Shown here: piece after piece, positions 51,389 through 62,167 of the stretch
Numbering within the stretch: the stretch's first letter is position 1
Layout: each line of letters starts with the position of its first letter
NCBI GenBank assembly: GCA_041694815.1
Contig: JBGFSC010000018.1
Coordinates: 10,598-74,597, forward strand
Reading direction: 5' to 3'
Source: Elusimicrobiota bacterium
Lineage (GTDB): Bacteria > Elusimicrobiota > Elusimicrobia > UBA1565 > JACRDR01
Length of the DNA: 64,000 bases
Made by a program: the position numbers and the translations under genes
The notes under the pieces: generated by a model
The model's input: the letters and a program-made list of their open reading frames with translations, nothing else
Databases searched by the model: none
What the model was told of the DNA's origin: nothing

Positions 51389-54300
51389 ATGAAAAGATTG
51401 TTAACGGAACCCAAGAGGATGGCCGATCTCGGCCTGCTTTACTGCGCTTTCGTCTGGGGCTCGACCTTCATCGTGGTCAAGCAAGCGCTGGTCGGGGTGC
51501 ATCCTATAAGCCTCGTGGCGCATCGATTCCTGATCTCGGCCCTACTGCTAGTCCCATGGGTCGGTCCCCGGCTCAGGACGGGGGCGACTTTGCGCGAGGG
51601 AGCCATCCTGTCGATCCCGTTGGCGCTGCTCTATTGGACCCAAACGGCCGGGCTCCGCTGGACCAGCGCGTCGAACTCCGGCTTCATTACGGGCCTTTTC
51701 GTCGTCTTCGTCCCGGTGCTGCTTTGGCTGTTCCGCGGACAGCCACCCAGCCGAGCCCAGGGCGCCGCCGTACTGTTGGCGGCGGCGGGATTATGGCTGC
51801 TCAGCGGGGGCCCGGGCCGTTTCAATCGCGGCGACGCCCTGACGCTCGTCTCCGCGATATGCTACGCGGCGCACCTGCTTTTGACCGATCGTTTCGTGAG
51901 GCGGGATTCGGATCCTATCCTTTTGGCCTTCCATCAATTCTGGATCACCGCGGCCTTGTCCTTGCTTTTGTCGGCGCTAATGGATTATCCTTTGGCCGTA
52001 GCGCCTAGTTCGGCGGCGGCCGTCGCGTTCTTGGCCGCGATCCCGACCCTTTCCGCCTTTTATATCCAGATGATCGCCCAACGCCACGCAGACCCGACGA
52101 GGACCGCGTTGATCTTCACGCTGGAGCCCGTGTTCGCGGCCCTATTCGCCCTGGGGTGGGGCGGGGAATCGCTGGCTCTTTCGGCGGCGGCCGGCGGGGC
52201 GCTGATCCTAGCGGCAATGGTGACCGCCGAAATCGGTGCCAGGCATCCACTTTCTACACTTTCTCAACTTTCCTCTTGGACTAAGTCAATAAAGTGTAGA
52301 AAGTGGATGCCTGGCACCGGTATGGTGGCGTTGGCGTTTCTGTGCTTACCGGCCGGCCGCGCGGCGGAGCTCGTGCTGGCCCCCCAGCCGGGCGATCCGA
52401 TGCAAGCGAGCGTGCATCGCCTGGAGAACGGCTTAACCGTCTACCTGAGCCCGTTCCATCAGCAGCCCCGCGTGTTCGCCGCGATTGCCGTCCGCGCGGG
52501 CGCCAAGCACGATCCCGAGGACAGCACCGGCATGGCGCATTACCTCGAGCACATGCTGTTTAAGGGCTCGCGACGCATGGGGACCTTGGACTACGAGAAG
52601 GAGTCTGCTCACCTGCGCCGAATCGAGGAGCTCTATGAGAAGCTCTTCACGGCCCGGGATCCGGAAGAGCGTCGGGCGATCTACCGAAGCATCGACGAGG
52701 AGAATATCCGGGCCTCCGAGTACGCCGTGCCTAACGAGGTCGACAAGGTCTACCACGCGTTGGGCTTTTCGGGCGTCAACGCGTACACCACGGACGAGGG
52801 GACGGTCTACGTTTGCAATTTCCCCGCCAATCGCGCCGAGGCGTGGGCCATGGTGGAGTCCGACCGGTTCCGTCATCCGGTATTCCGCCTTTTCCAGAGC
52901 GAGATCGAAGCCGTCTACGAGGAAAAGAACAGGTCCCTCGACAATGCCGAGGTCGTGCTCCACGATACGGTCGAGAAGATGCTGCACAAAGGGCACCCGT
53001 ACGGGGAGCGCACCGTGCTCGGTAGCATCGAGCATCTCAAAAACCCCTCGCTCGCCAAAATGCTCGCTTATTACGACGCCCATTACCGGCCATCGAATAT
53101 GGCCATCATCCTGGCGGGCGATTTCGAGCGTGGGCCGATGCTCGAGCTCATTGAGAAATACTTCGGCGCCTGGCAGTCCCGTCCCGCTCCCCCGCAGCCG
53201 AGCTGGAGCCCCGACCGCCCGAAAGGAGAGGAGCGCGCCGAGATCCACTTTGAGGCGGAGGAGCGCGTCGTCATCGCCTGGCCCGCCGTCGCCAACAGCG
53301 ATCCCGACCGCGACGCCCTTTCGGTAATGGACATGATCGTCGACAATGCCGAAGCCGGCCTCATCAACCTTAAGCTCAACCAGGCCCAGCGGGTCAAGGC
53401 CGCGGGCTCCTATCCGGTTTTCTACAACGATGCCGGGTCCTGGCGCGTTTGGGCGACGCCAAAGAAGGGACAGAGCGTGGAGGAGGCCGAGCGGCTGCTG
53501 CTGGAGGTAGTCGAATCGCTCAAGCGCGGGGAATTCAGCGAGCAGGACGTGCGCGCGGTGATCACGGACTTCGAGGTCAACGAAAAAAAGCGCCTGGAGT
53601 CCAATGCAGCACGGGGAGGGGCGCTGGTGGAGTCGTTCGTCGATCTGGAGCCGTGGACCCGCGCCGCCTTTAGGCTCGAGCGCATCCGCAAAGTGACGCG
53701 GGAGGACGTGCTCCGAGTCGCACGACGCATTCTCGGTCCCGGGCGCGTCACGGTGTACCGCTGCGATGGCAAGCCCGTCTTGCCCTCCATCGAAAAACCC
53801 AAATTCACCCAGCTTAAAATAGACCCTTCCCGGCAGTCCGAATTCGCCAAGGCCGTGCTGGCTCTGCCAACCAAGCCTTTGGAGCCTCGCTTTATAAAGG
53901 AAGGGGTGGACTACCGCGTGGTCGACGAACCCTGGGGCAGGCTCTACGCCGCGCCGAACTCGGTCAACGACCTTTTTTCCCTTAGCTTCGTCTTCGATCG
54001 CGGCAGGCGGAAGGAACGCACCCTTTGCGAGGCCGTGAGTTTGCTCGATCTGTCGGGAGGCGGCGGGTTGTCGGCCGAGGAGTACAAGAAGGCCTTGTAC
54101 GCCCTGGGCACGACGGTATCCTTCTCCTGCTCCGAGGATCAAGTGATTGTCGCGGTCAGCGGGCTCGAGGAGAACTTCGAGCGTTCCATGGAGCTTCTGC
54201 GCAGCCGGTTTCAATCGCCCAAGACTTCCTCCGACACGCTCAAGAAGATGGTCGAGATCGCCATCGGCGCCCACCGGGACCGCAAGAAGGATCCGGGCCA

Positions 54301-55177
54301 TATCGAATACGCACTGGCCGAATACGCGCGCCGCGGTTCGGAGAGCGTGGTTCTCGGCGAGCTGCGCGACGATGAATTGGGACGCCTGGAGGAGGCGCCG
54401 CTGCAAGGACTGACTCGTTCGTTGTTTGGCTTCAAGCGCCGCGCCTTGTACGCGGGGACGCGCCGTATGGAGCGGTTACTGCCGTGGCTCGATTGGGGCG
54501 GCCCCTACCGCCCGCTGCCGGCGCCCGAGCCCAAACGCTACCGGCGCCGGGACAAGCCCGCGGTCTATTTCGTGCACCGCGACATGCTGCAGTCGAAGGT
54601 CGGCTTTTTCATCCCGGACGAGAAATATCGCGAGGAGAACAACGCGCATTACCGCTTCTTTAATACGGTGATGGGGGGCATGAGCGGCGTTATATTCCAG
54701 GAGGTCCGGGAAGCCCGCTCCTTGGCGTATTCCTCCTCGGGGGGATACTCTCCAGGCGGGCGCAAGGGGGATGAGAACGCGCTTTGGGGCAGCCTTGGCT
54801 GCCAGGCGGACAAGACGATGGAGGCGGCCGAATTGCTCATGCGGCTAATGCGCGCTCCCCCGGTATCCGAGGAGCGCTTCCGCGAGGCCAAGAAAGCGAT
54901 CGAGGAGCAGTACCGTTCCGATGTTCTGACCTTTCGTTCGATCCCCGGCGCCTTGCTTTCTTGGGAGGAGAAGGGGCTTCGCGGCGATCCCCGGCCGAAG
55001 CGCTTTAAGCGCGTGCTCCGCTACCGGCTGGAGGACCTGGAGGGTTTCATGCGCCGCTTCAAGGAGCGCTCGGGGACGCTGCACGTGCTCGGCAACCGCC
55101 AGCGCGTGGACCTTGGGGCCTTGGGCAGGCTGGGGGCCTTCGAGGAGCTCAAGTTAGAGGACATTTTCCCGTACTGA
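51389..55177 (+). CDS. EamA/DMT transporter and M16 zinc peptidase in one reading frame
   Basis: First ~282 aa are EamA (WGSTF, LEPVFA); from ~aa 307 a signal-like segment, LENGL and HYLEH; linker is encoded by a palindromic element. Confidence 0.8.
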   Translation: MKRLLTEPKRMADLGLLYCAFVWGSTFIVVKQALVGVHPISLVAHRFLISALLLVPWVGPRLRTGATLREGAILSIPLALLYWTQTAGLRWTSASNSGFITGLFVVFVPVLLWLFRGQPPSRAQGAAVLLAAAGLWLLSGGPGRFNRGDALTLVSAICYAAHLLLTDRFVRRDSDPILLAFHQFWITAALSLLLSALMDYPLAVAPSSAAAVAFLAAIPTLSAFYIQMIAQRHADPTRTALIFTLEPVFAALFALGWGGESLALSAAAGGALILAAMVTAEIGARHPLSTLSQLSSWTKSIKCRKWMPGTGMVALAFLCLPAGRAAELVLAPQPGDPMQASVHRLENGLTVYLSPFHQQPRVFAAIAVRAGAKHDPEDSTGMAHYLEHMLFKGSRRMGTLDYEKESAHLRRIEELYEKLFTARDPEERRAIYRSIDEENIRASEYAVPNEVDKVYHALGFSGVNAYTTDEGTVYVCNFPANRAEAWAMVESDRFRHPVFRLFQSEIEAVYEEKNRSLDNAEVVLHDTVEKMLHKGHPYGERTVLGSIEHLKNPSLAKMLAYYDAHYRPSNMAIILAGDFERGPMLELIEKYFGAWQSRPAPPQPSWSPDRPKGEERAEIHFEAEERVVIAWPAVANSDPDRDALSVMDMIVDNAEAGLINLKLNQAQRVKAAGSYPVFYNDAGSWRVWATPKKGQSVEEAERLLLEVVESLKRGEFSEQDVRAVITDFEVNEKKRLESNAARGGALVESFVDLEPWTRAAFRLERIRKVTREDVLRVARRILGPGRVTVYRCDGKPVLPSIEKPKFTQLKIDPSRQSEFAKAVLALPTKPLEPRFIKEGVDYRVVDEPWGRLYAAPNSVNDLFSLSFVFDRGRRKERTLCEAVSLLDLSGGGGLSAEEYKKALYALGTTVSFSCSEDQVIVAVSGLEENFERSMELLRSRFQSPKTSSDTLKKMVEIAIGAHRDRKKDPGHIEYALAEYARRGSESVVLGELRDDELGRLEEAPLQGLTRSLFGFKRRALYAGTRRMERLLPWLDWGGPYRPLPAPEPKRYRRRDKPAVYFVHRDMLQSKVGFFIPDEKYREENNAHYRFFNTVMGGMSGVIFQEVREARSLAYSSSGGYSPGGRKGDENALWGSLGCQADKTMEAAELLMRLMRAPPVSEERFREAKKAIEEQYRSDVLTFRSIPGALLSWEEKGLRGDPRPKRFKRVLRYRLEDLEGFMRRFKERSGTLHVLGNRQRVDLGALGRLGAFEELKLEDIFPY
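52234..52319. repeat. Palindromic element family B (29-bp perfect inverted repeat, 28-bp spacer)
   Basis: CGGTGCCAGGCATCCACTTTCTACACTTT 52234-52262 and its exact reverse complement 52291-52319. Confidence 0.92.
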
Positions 55178-55624
55178 TTCCACGAAACGGATCGCCTCGA
55201 GCGCGGTGATGCGCACCTCCTCCGCGAGGCTCGGATCCGTCCGGAGCTCCTCCTCGGAGCACCAACGAAAGCGCTCGTGCTCCCGATCATCCATGCGCAC
55301 ATTGCTGGAAGTCGTTCGGCAAAAATAGATGAGGTCGATATGCTGCGGGTGGTTGGGGATATGCTCGAGCTGCACGTGGTTGGGGACATGGAGGTAGAGC
55401 ACCTTGCCGTTGGCTGGGTCGTGGGCTCGCTTCGGCGAGGCGATCTCCACCTCCAGGCCCGTCTCCTCGCGGATCTCGCGCCGCACGGCCTCTTCCGGCA
55501 GCTCGCCGTCGTCGATATGCCCGCCGGGCGGCAGCCACATCCCCAGCTTTTTATGCCAGAGCAACAGGGTCTTTCCCTCGCAGACGACGTACCCGGTGGC
55601 GACGAAATGCCTCGGTGAATTCAC
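55154..55624 (-). CDS. Nudix hydrolase
   Basis: WLPPGGHIDDGELPEEAVRREIREETGL Nudix box; likely start GTG 55624. Confidence 0.88.
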   Translation of the reverse strand: MNSPRHFVATGYVVCEGKTLLLWHKKLGMWLPPGGHIDDGELPEEAVRREIREETGLEVEIASPKRAHDPANGKVLYLHVPNHVQLEHIPNHPQHIDLIYFCRTTSSNVRMDDREHERFRWCSEEELRTDPSLAEEVRITALEAIRFVESVRENVL

Positions 55625-55675
55625 GGCGACAGAGAGTAGCAAATTCTGTACAATGCGGTGCCGACACGGCACAAC

Positions 55676-56809
55676 ATGAGAATCGGCGTCGCTAAGGAAA
55701 TAAAGAACCGCGAGCATCGCGTGGGCCTGGTCCCCGGCGGGGTTAAGGCATTGGTCAAGGAAGGCCACTCGGTCTTCGTCGAGAAGGGGGCTGGGCTCGG
55801 CTCGGGTATCACCGACGAAGAATATAAGGCGGCCGGCGCCGCGATCGTCTCCGACAAGCGCAAGCTCTTCGACGACAGCGAGATGATCATCAAGGTCAAG
55901 GAGCCTCTGGAGGAGGAATATGGGCTCTTCCACGAGGACCAGATCCTTTATACCTACCTGCACCTTGCCGCTGCCTCGGGGCTAGTCTCGGCCTTGCGCC
56001 AACGGCGGATCAAGGCGGTCGCCTACGAGACGATCCAGCTGCACGACGGAAGCCTTCCCCTGCTGACCCCGATGAGCGAGGTGGCCGGCAAGATGTCCGT
56101 GCAGATCGGGGCCAATTATCTCGTCAAGCACAACGGCGGCCGCGGCGTGCTCCTGGGCGGTGTGCCGGGGGTCAACCGCGGGATCGTGACCATCATCGGC
56201 GGCGGTGTCGTGGGCATCAACGCGGCCAAAATCGCCGTGGGGCTCGGCGCGCGGGTCAACGTGCTCGACATCTCCGCGGGGCGCCTGGCCTACCTCGACG
56301 ACGTCTTCGGCAACGCGATCACCACCCTGATGAGCCACGACGAGAACATCCAGAACGCCGTGGTGCAGGCCGACCTGCTCATTGGGGCCGTGCTCATCCC
56401 AGGCGCTCGGGCGCCGCATTTGGTCAACGAGGCGATGGTCAAGAAGATGAAGCCGGGTTCGGTCATCGTTGACGTCGCCGTGGACCAGGGAGGCTGCGTG
56501 GAGACCGCCGAGGTGACCAGTCATGACCAGCCCGTCGTCCTCAAGCATGGGGTGCTCCATTACGCGGTACCCAATATCCCAGGGGCCGTTTCCAACACCT
56601 CCACGTACGCGTTGACCAACGTCACTTTGAAATACGCCTTGAACATCGCCCGTTGGGGGCTGGAGGCGGCCGTGCGCAAGGATGGCGCGCTCTATAAGGG
56701 CGTCAATGTGTATAAGGGAGAGATCACTTACAAGGCCGTCGCCGAATCGGTGGGCGCGCAGCCGGCGGAATTGAGCTCCCTTATCGAGGGCCGCGGGATC
56801 CCGGCTTAG
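55676..56809 (+). CDS. ald: Alanine dehydrogenase
   Basis: [44 protein letters not shown] and DVAVDQGGC. Confidence 0.95.
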   Translation: MRIGVAKEIKNREHRVGLVPGGVKALVKEGHSVFVEKGAGLGSGITDEEYKAAGAAIVSDKRKLFDDSEMIIKVKEPLEEEYGLFHEDQILYTYLHLAAASGLVSALRQRRIKAVAYETIQLHDGSLPLLTPMSEVAGKMSVQIGANYLVKHNGGRGVLLGGVPGVNRGIVTIIGGGVVGINAAKIAVGLGARVNVLDISAGRLAYLDDVFGNAITTLMSHDENIQNAVVQADLLIGAVLIPGARAPHLVNEAMVKKMKPGSVIVDVAVDQGGCVETAEVTSHDQPVVLKHGVLHYAVPNIPGAVSNTSTYALTNVTLKYALNIARWGLEAAVRKDGALYKGVNVYKGEITYKAVAESVGAQPAELSSLIEGRGIPA

Positions 56810-58874
56810 AAACCTCTTCCAGCAGCTCCTCCAATCCATCGGGGTCCTCCACCGGAGCGCGGCAGGCGTAATCGAAGCAGACATAGGCGGTCTCGGCTTT
56901 GGGACGCATCGAGGCCAAGAACGGCATCCAACGTTCCAGCCGTCCCCGTTCTCCTTCCGACAAAAGCACAACGACCGCGTGCGGCAAAAACCGGCGCCGG
57001 ACGCGGCTTAGCAGGGCCTGTGTCTTGGGGGAGCGTGGATCGCCCGCGATAACGATCTCGACCGGCTTCGACAGGAAGAAGTCGGCGGCGGCCAGCATCC
57101 GCGCGCTGGTACGGGGGCTGCGCTTCATTTGACCGGAGAAATGTGCGAGGGTCTTGGCGGCCATCTCCCGGTGAGCCTCGCGGCCCGTGAAACGCGACAG
57201 GCGCAGGAGGTTGGAAACCGCGACCGAGCTGGCCGAGGGCTCCACGTTGTCCTGAGCCTCCTTGACCCGATAAAGCAGATCGGAGCCTTCCGTCCCGGCG
57301 CGGGTCATGAAGAAGCCGCCCTCCGCCGAGTCGTAGAACCCGTCCACCTGTTCCTCGTTGAGAGCGACGGCCCATTCGAGCCAATCGCATTCGAAGCTGG
57401 ACTCATAGAGATCGAGCAGGCCTTGGGTGAGGAAGGCGTAATCATCGCCGGTGGCCTCGAATTTCGCCTCGCCGTCGCGCCAGCGGCGCAGCAGCCGCCG
57501 AGCGCCCGGCTCGTATAAACGCTCTCGGATGAACGCCGCCGCCCTTCGCGCGGCTTGAGTGTAGCGCGATTCGCCTAAGACGGACCCGCCCTTGGCCATG
57601 GCGCTGATCATGAGCCCGTTCCAGGAGACGAGCACCTTGTCGTCGAGGTGTGGGCGTGGCCGCTTGGACCTGATTTCGAATAAGGCGCGCGCCGCTTCGC
57701 GCAGCCGTTCGTCGGAGGGCCCTTCCTCGGCGAGGAAAAGGATGTTCTTTCCCGCAAATTCGCCGTGCGGATCGAAAGCGGCATTGCCGCCAGCTGCCAC
57801 GCCGTAGCGGCGGCAGAAGCGCTCCCCGGCCTCCGCGCCGAGCGCCTCGAGAATCTCGCGCTTCTCCCAAACGTAGAAAGCCCCTTCGGCGCGCTCCCGC
57901 TTCCCCGCGACGGGGCTGTCGGCGTCTTCGGCGGAATAGAAGCCCCCCTCCGGGTGCGTCAGCTCGCGCAGCGCGTATTCGAGGATGCCCCTGGCCGTGG
58001 AGGCGAAGCCCGGCTCGCCAGTGATCTGGAATGCTTCCAGGTAGTTGACCGCCAGCAGGGCGTTGTCATAGAGCATCTTCTCGAAATGGGGCACATGCCA
58101 GCGTTCGTCGGTCGAATAACGGTGGAATCCGCCGCCCAACTGGTCGTAAATTCCTCCCTTCGACATCGCGCGCAAGGTCTTGAGGGCCATCTCCAGGGCC
58201 GGGCCGCCGCCAAGGCGCGCGTGGGCCCGTAACAGGAAGTCCTGGTTCACCGGCATGGGGAACTTGGGCGCCCCGCCGAAGCCTCCCAGCTCCGAGTCGA
58301 AGGAGGATTCGAATTCCTCCACGGCCCGGCTGAAATCGACTGACTCCACGGGTTCCGCCGGCGAGCCGGATTCGAGAAAGCGCCCCAAGGAACGCCCCAA
58401 CTCCTCGCCGGAGCGCTCGATCTCCTCCCGCCGGTTCTTCCAGGCGGCGGCGATCTGCTCGAGCAGCTGGGGCCAACTGGGACGCCCCCAGCGCGGCTCC
58501 GGCGGGAAATAGGTGCCGCCGTAAAAAGGCTTGAGTCTCGGCGTCAGGAATACGTTGAGCGGCCAGCCCCCCTGCCCGGTCATGGCTCCGACGGCGGTCA
58601 TGTATATCTTGTCGATCTCCGGCCTCTCCTCGCGGTCGAGCTTGATGCAGACGAAATCCCGGTTCATCAGCGCGGCGATGGACGCGTTCTCGAAGGATTC
58701 GCGCTCCATGACATGGCACCAATGGCAGGTGGAATAGCCGACGGACAGTAGGATCGGCTTGTCCTCGCGCCGGGCCTTTTCGAAGGCGTCCTCGCCCCAC
58801 GGGTACCAGTCCACCGGGTTGCTGGCGTGCTGCAAGAGGTAGGGGCTTTTCTCGAATCGGAGTCGATTGGCCAT
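56781..58874 (-). CDS. Thioredoxin-domain protein YyaL/DUF255
   Basis: [34 protein letters not shown] and [10 protein letters not shown]. Confidence 0.93.
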   Translation of the reverse strand: MANRLRFEKSPYLLQHASNPVDWYPWGEDAFEKARREDKPILLSVGYSTCHWCHVMERESFENASIAALMNRDFVCIKLDREERPEIDKIYMTAVGAMTGQGGWPLNVFLTPRLKPFYGGTYFPPEPRWGRPSWPQLLEQIAAAWKNRREEIERSGEELGRSLGRFLESGSPAEPVESVDFSRAVEEFESSFDSELGGFGGAPKFPMPVNQDFLLRAHARLGGGPALEMALKTLRAMSKGGIYDQLGGGFHRYSTDERWHVPHFEKMLYDNALLAVNYLEAFQITGEPGFASTARGILEYALRELTHPEGGFYSAEDADSPVAGKRERAEGAFYVWEKREILEALGAEAGERFCRRYGVAAGGNAAFDPHGEFAGKNILFLAEEGPSDERLREAARALFEIRSKRPRPHLDDKVLVSWNGLMISAMAKGGSVLGESRYTQAARRAAAFIRERLYEPGARRLLRRWRDGEAKFEATGDDYAFLTQGLLDLYESSFECDWLEWAVALNEEQVDGFYDSAEGGFFMTRAGTEGSDLLYRVKEAQDNVEPSASSVAVSNLLRLSRFTGREAHREMAAKTLAHFSGQMKRSPRTSARMLAAADFFLSKPVEIVIAGDPRSPKTQALLSRVRRRFLPHAVVVLLSEGERGRLERWMPFLASMRPKAETAYVCFDYACRAPVEDPDGLEELLEEVSKPGSRGPR

Positions 58875-58955
58875 GGATGGCGCTATTATAGCAGGCGATC
58901 ATGTTGCGTTGGGGAAATGCCGGATGAACTGCTAAAATGCAGGGAGAATCCCGTT

Positions 58956-60389
58956 ATGCCAAGATTATTCCCCTTGGGCGGCAAGGAGAGGCCCTTGCGA
59001 GTGGCGGTGATCGGATCGGGGCCCTCCGGCTTCTACGCCGCCGAATCCCTGTTGGCGCAGAAGGATTTGTCGGTGCAGGTGGATATGTTCGATCGATTGC
59101 CGACGCCTTACGGACTCGTCCGCGGCGGGGTAGCCCCCGATCATCAGAAGATCAAGAGCGTGACGGCGGTCTATGAGAAAATAGCCTTGAAGCCCGGCTT
59201 TCGCTTCTTCGGCAATGTCTGCTTCGGCAGGGATCTCTTCGTCGAGGACATGCTCCGGCACTACGACCAGGCGGTTTACGCGGTGGGAAACGAGTCCGAC
59301 CGCCGCCTGAAGGTGCCCGGCGAGGATTTGCCGGGAAGCCATTCGGCGACGGCTTTCGTGGGCTGGTACAACGGGCATCCGGACTACCGCCGCGAGAGCT
59401 TCGACCTGTCCCAGGAATACGCCGCGGTGATCGGCATCGGCAACGTCGCCATGGACGTCACGCGCATCCTGGCGGAGGACCCCGAGGAACTGGCCAAGAC
59501 CGACATCGCCGGCTACGCGTTGGAGGCGTTGCGCCAAAGCCGCGTGCGGGAGATTTGGCTGCTGGGCCGCCGCGGGCCGGCGCAGGCCGCCTTCTCTCCC
59601 GCCGAGATCAAGGAGATAGGCGAGCTTCATTCCGCCGACCTGGTCGTGTGCCCCGAGGAGCTCGCCTTGGACCCGGTATCCCAGGCCCAGTTGTCCGACA
59701 TCAACACCAAGAAGAACGTCGATTTCCTTATCGAGCAGGCCAAGAAGGGCGAGGGAAACCGGCGCAAGAAGGTGCGCCTGCGATTCTTCGTCTCTCCCGT
59801 GGAGCTGCTCGAGGAAAACGGCAGAGTCGGTAAGCTCAAGATCGAGATCAACGAGCTCGTGCCCGACGGCAAGGGGGGGCTCAAAGCCCGGGGCACCGGC
59901 CGTCAGGAGACACTTCCCGCGGGGCTGGTGTTCCGGTCCGTGGGCTATCACGGCGTTCCCTTGCCGGGAGTTCCCTTCGACCATAAGGCCGGGCATATTC
60001 CAAACCGTGACGGGCGCGTCGTCGACATCGAAGCCGGGGACAAGGTCGTCGAAGGCGCCTACGTGGTCGGTTGGGCCAAGAGGGGGCCTTCCGGGCTCAT
60101 TGGGACCAATCGCGCCGATTCGGTCTTGACCGTCAAGGCAATGCTCGAGGATATAAAGGGAAAAGCCGCCGAGCCCGATCCCGCCAAGACCCCCGAGGCC
60201 GCGCTCGCCTTGATCCAAAAACGCCAGCCCGACATGGTGAGCTTCCAGGATTGGAAGCTGCTCGAGACCCTCGAGATATCGCGTGGCGCGGAGCTCGGCA
60301 AGATCCGCGAGAAATTCACCGACGTTTCCGAGATGCTGGCGGCCATTAAGAAGGCCAAACAGACCGCCTGTCTCGTCCCGAAGAACTAG
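58956..60389 (+). CDS. Ferredoxin-NADP+ reductase, adrenodoxin-reductase/FprA type
   Basis: IGSGPSGFY, PYGLVRGGVAPDH, FVGWYNGHPD, GIGNVAMD and GWAKRGPSGLIGTN. Confidence 0.9.
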   Translation: MPRLFPLGGKERPLRVAVIGSGPSGFYAAESLLAQKDLSVQVDMFDRLPTPYGLVRGGVAPDHQKIKSVTAVYEKIALKPGFRFFGNVCFGRDLFVEDMLRHYDQAVYAVGNESDRRLKVPGEDLPGSHSATAFVGWYNGHPDYRRESFDLSQEYAAVIGIGNVAMDVTRILAEDPEELAKTDIAGYALEALRQSRVREIWLLGRRGPAQAAFSPAEIKEIGELHSADLVVCPEELALDPVSQAQLSDINTKKNVDFLIEQAKKGEGNRRKKVRLRFFVSPVELLEENGRVGKLKIEINELVPDGKGGLKARGTGRQETLPAGLVFRSVGYHGVPLPGVPFDHKAGHIPNRDGRVVDIEAGDKVVEGAYVVGWAKRGPSGLIGTNRADSVLTVKAMLEDIKGKAAEPDPAKTPEAALALIQKRQPDMVSFQDWKLLETLEISRGAELGKIREKFTDVSEMLAAIKKAKQTACLVPKN

Positions 60390-60468
60390 GCCGTCGTTAA
60401 GCCGGAGCGCGAGAAAAGAGCGACACTTGACGAAAATGGATTCGTCTGTTAGTTATTGTGCTGATGTT

Positions 60469-61173
60469 ATGGATCAAGAGCGAAGCGACGCCTGGCTCCT
60501 CGTCGCCTGCATGGCGTTTCGCACGCGCGGCACCTCATTCCACCTCGTCGCCATGGGCATGAACGGGGGACGTGCGCTGATCGCCGACTACCTGCCGCGC
60601 TCCCTGGCGCTGCTGCTTGAAAGCGGCGAGCCGGCCGCCGAGCCCGAGCATTGGCGCGAGGCTCCGTACCCGGTCCTCTCGCGCACGGCCTTGGGAGCCG
60701 AGCGGCCGGGTGAGCCGTTGTTCGCCAGCCTGGAGCGGGAGGCGTCCGGGCCGAGGATCGAGGCCTGTGCGCCCGAGCGAATGCCGGCTCGCGCCGCAGA
60801 GGCGGCCAAGCCCCACCCGGAAGAGGGATTGCTGCTGTTTAGCTGCGGCTTAAGCGGCCGGATGGAGGAGGCGGCGTACCGTCGATTCGCCGAGGGAGTC
60901 GCCGAGACGCTCGCGCCCTGGGAGGATCGGGGATTTTGGGCCGAGGCCGAGCCGACTCGGGAAGCGGTGGGCCTGCCTTGCGAGCTGCGCGTCCACCGCC
61001 TCGTCGGCGGACGCCTGGAATCGAGGGCGCTGGCCGAGCTGCCTCGAGGGGAGATAAGGATCAAGCGCGGATGGGATTTCCTCAAGCCTTTCGGGCTGCC
61101 CCGGCCCGCGCGCATCACACGGGAGGAGGGCCCCCGTAGGCAACAAATCCGTAACCCGGGGCCCCTATCATAG
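60469..61173 (+). CDS. Hypothetical protein
   Basis: Fills the intergenic space; ATG 60469 follows an AT-rich promoter-like tract. Confidence 0.55.
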   Translation: MDQERSDAWLLVACMAFRTRGTSFHLVAMGMNGGRALIADYLPRSLALLLESGEPAAEPEHWREAPYPVLSRTALGAERPGEPLFASLEREASGPRIEACAPERMPARAAEAAKPHPEEGLLLFSCGLSGRMEEAAYRRFAEGVAETLAPWEDRGFWAEAEPTREAVGLPCELRVHRLVGGRLESRALAELPRGEIRIKRGWDFLKPFGLPRPARITREEGPRRQQIRNPGPLS

Positions 61174-61177
61174 GGTC

Positions 61178-61345
61178 ATGATCGCTCTCATGTACGGCAT
61201 CAGCGGCGGCGGGGGCGTGTTGTATACCATCCCCCATCACGATTCCATCGTCCTTTCGATGGCGGTCGTCGGCCTCTGCTGCCTGATCGCCGGTGCCTTC
61301 CTGGCCTGGCAGCGCGGTCCCGTCTCCCAGGATATCGGCGAATAG
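61178..61345 (+). CDS. 55-aa single-TM small protein (not in ORF track)
   Basis: MIALMYGISGGGGVLYTIPHHDSIVLSMAVVGLCCLIAGAFLAWQRGPVSQDIGE; TATCAT 6 nt before ATG. Confidence 0.55.
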   Translation: MIALMYGISGGGGVLYTIPHHDSIVLSMAVVGLCCLIAGAFLAWQRGPVSQDIGE

Positions 61346-61359
61346 GCGCGCCGCTCCTC

Positions 61360-61782
61360 ATGACGACCCGGGAGGCCTACGAGCTGCTGGGCCTTAAGCC
61401 CCCGGTCGACGCCGAGGCGGTACGTTCCGCTTATCGCCGCAAGGCCCTCGAAACCCACCCGGATCGATTCCCAGAATCCCAACGGATATTCCAGGAGAGA
61501 CGTTTCATGGAGGTGCGGGAGGCCTATGCCAGGCTTCGCGCCGACGGCTTCCCGGATCTGGGCGAGGAGCTTCCCGACCTCGTTTTTCCCGCGCAGCCGG
61601 CGGGGCGGCGCTTCGCTTCCCGGCCGCCGGAGCCCGGTCCCTTGGCGGAAAAAATCGGCTGGTCTTGGCCGGCGGAGCCGGGGACGTGGGTCCTATGGGG
61701 AGTGGGCGTTCCGGCGGCGGCCGGTTTGCTGGCGTACCTCGCGCGGCGATGGATCGAACTGCTGCGCGATGGCAATGGATGA
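61360..61782 (+). CDS. J-domain protein with C-terminal TM
   Basis: AYELLGL, AYRRKA..THPD and F.EV.EAY..L. Confidence 0.85.
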   Translation: MTTREAYELLGLKPPVDAEAVRSAYRRKALETHPDRFPESQRIFQERRFMEVREAYARLRADGFPDLGEELPDLVFPAQPAGRRFASRPPEPGPLAEKIGWSWPAEPGTWVLWGVGVPAAAGLLAYLARRWIELLRDGNG

Positions 61783-61795
61783 TCAAGGAGGGCGG

Positions 61796-62164
61796 ATGAA
61801 GAAAGCCGTGTTGTCGTTGGGCGCGTTGCTATTGGTGGCTGGCTCCGCCGTTTGGGCCAAACAGCATGAAGGGGCGGCGAAAACAATCGAGGGCGAGGTG
61901 TTGGACATGACCTGCTACATGGGGCATGAGACCTCGGGGGCCAAGCACGGCAAATGCGCTAAGGCCTGCCTCGTCGGCGGGGCCCCGGCGGGCCTTTTGA
62001 CGGGCAAGGGCGAGGTATACCTGCTAGTCGCCGACCATAAGAACCCCAAGGCTTACGATGCCGTCAAGCAGTTGGGCGGAGAGAAGGCCAAGGTATCGGG
62101 GACGATGGTCAAGCGCGGAGGGATCCAGGCATTGGTGGTGCAGGGCGCCGAGAAGTCCAGATAA
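61796..62164 (+). CDS. Exported Cys/His-containing small protein
   Basis: AAGGAGG SD; signal peptide; GEVLDMTCY...HGKCAKAC..GG.PAGLL. Confidence 0.75.
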   Translation: MKKAVLSLGALLLVAGSAVWAKQHEGAAKTIEGEVLDMTCYMGHETSGAKHGKCAKACLVGGAPAGLLTGKGEVYLLVADHKNPKAYDAVKQLGGEKAKVSGTMVKRGGIQALVVQGAEKSR

Positions 62165-62167
62165 GCG

